A stretch of 63,867 nucleotides of DNA, the filler included, from Atractiella rhizophila (lineage: Eukaryota): assembly GCA_021432655.1 (NCBI GenBank). It is 4 parts of 3 records of this genome, joined end to end, with 100 filler letters (N's around TTAATTAATTAA, not from the genome) between each part and the next. Parts side by side here need not be neighbours in the genome. Positions count along the whole stretch, not along the records: positions 61,979 to 63,867 come from MU271540.1; 3 more parts are not named here. The stretch is one strand, 5' to 3'. The translations under genes and the position numbers were made by a program. Positions 63,437 through 63,867 of this stretch are shown here, one piece after another. Positions within the stretch are counted from its first letter, which is position 1. Each line of letters begins with the position of its first letter. A model generated the notes under the pieces. It was given only the letters and a program-made list of their open reading frames with translations. It was not told the DNA's origin and ran no database searches.

Positions 63437-63867
63437 GTACGTCCCTTCTGGTTTCCTCGCCCAGGGACGATGGAGAGACCACATCCCTCTATGTGAAACT
63501 GGGAGCCAAAGGAAATACAAGCTACAAATGACGAATGAGCCTGGAACGTGCTCTGCTTGTGACGAAAATGGCATTCGCGGGAGATGCTCAAGACGCAGAG
63601 AGGACAAAGTGATATTTGCTCCATGCTTTTACCCGTGACGGTTGTCTCGGCATTCTCACTGTTATTCAAGGCGTAGACTGTGCTCGCATCCTTGTCGTTT
63701 GCAAGGACATGTAATTTTCGTTGACATTCTCCTTGTTCCACAACTTTTCCACGTTGGTAACACGGTACCAGTTCTCGCTTCGCAGTAGGGCGATTGTTGA
63801 TGTACACGTTCCTTTCATCACTGGAAGGTTAACAAGGTCACACGACACCTCGCCCAGTGCCGTCATC

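Overview
Gene-dense, intron-rich fungal DNA. The gene set and splice signals (GTRAGT/GTTCGT donors, CTRAC-like branch points, mostly ~45-65 nt introns) suggest a basidiomycete; this is inferred. The window is a scaffold with three artificial N44-TTAATTAATTAA-N44 contig linkers and one 230-N gap. About 24 protein genes can be modelled: Sqs1-like R3H protein, Dad4, secreted lactonase, Aim41/YqeY, Emp47/ERGIC-53-like lectin, aspartic protease, BTB protein, TFIIIC zinc-finger subunit, BIM1/X325 copper protein next to a Ctr copper transporter, methyltransferase, HIS6, a membrane protein, DUF2420-like protein, peroxisomal acyl-CoA ligase, bZIP factor, gelsolin-like protein, GH71 glucanase fused to CBM20, ACC-synthase-like PLP enzyme, RING+RRM protein, isochorismatase, three DUF4246 paralogues and a Pho80/PREG-like cyclin. 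Most notable: (1) the tandem BIM1/X325 + Ctr pair, both predicted to expose an N-terminal His after signal cleavage; (2) the GH71-CBM20 architecture, encoded by about 29 exons including 7-8 nt microexons; (3) a 430-bp TIR element with a 9-bp TSD in the cyclin promoter, carrying an extra CACGTG; (4) a dynamic DUF4246 locus with an in-frame 411-bp duplication, one intron at 57/322/754 nt and an apparent conversion tract, beside a 1288-bp tandem duplication; (5) recurrent 0.3-1.1 kb 5'-proximal introns. All family assignments come from motif recognition by eye; no searches were run.
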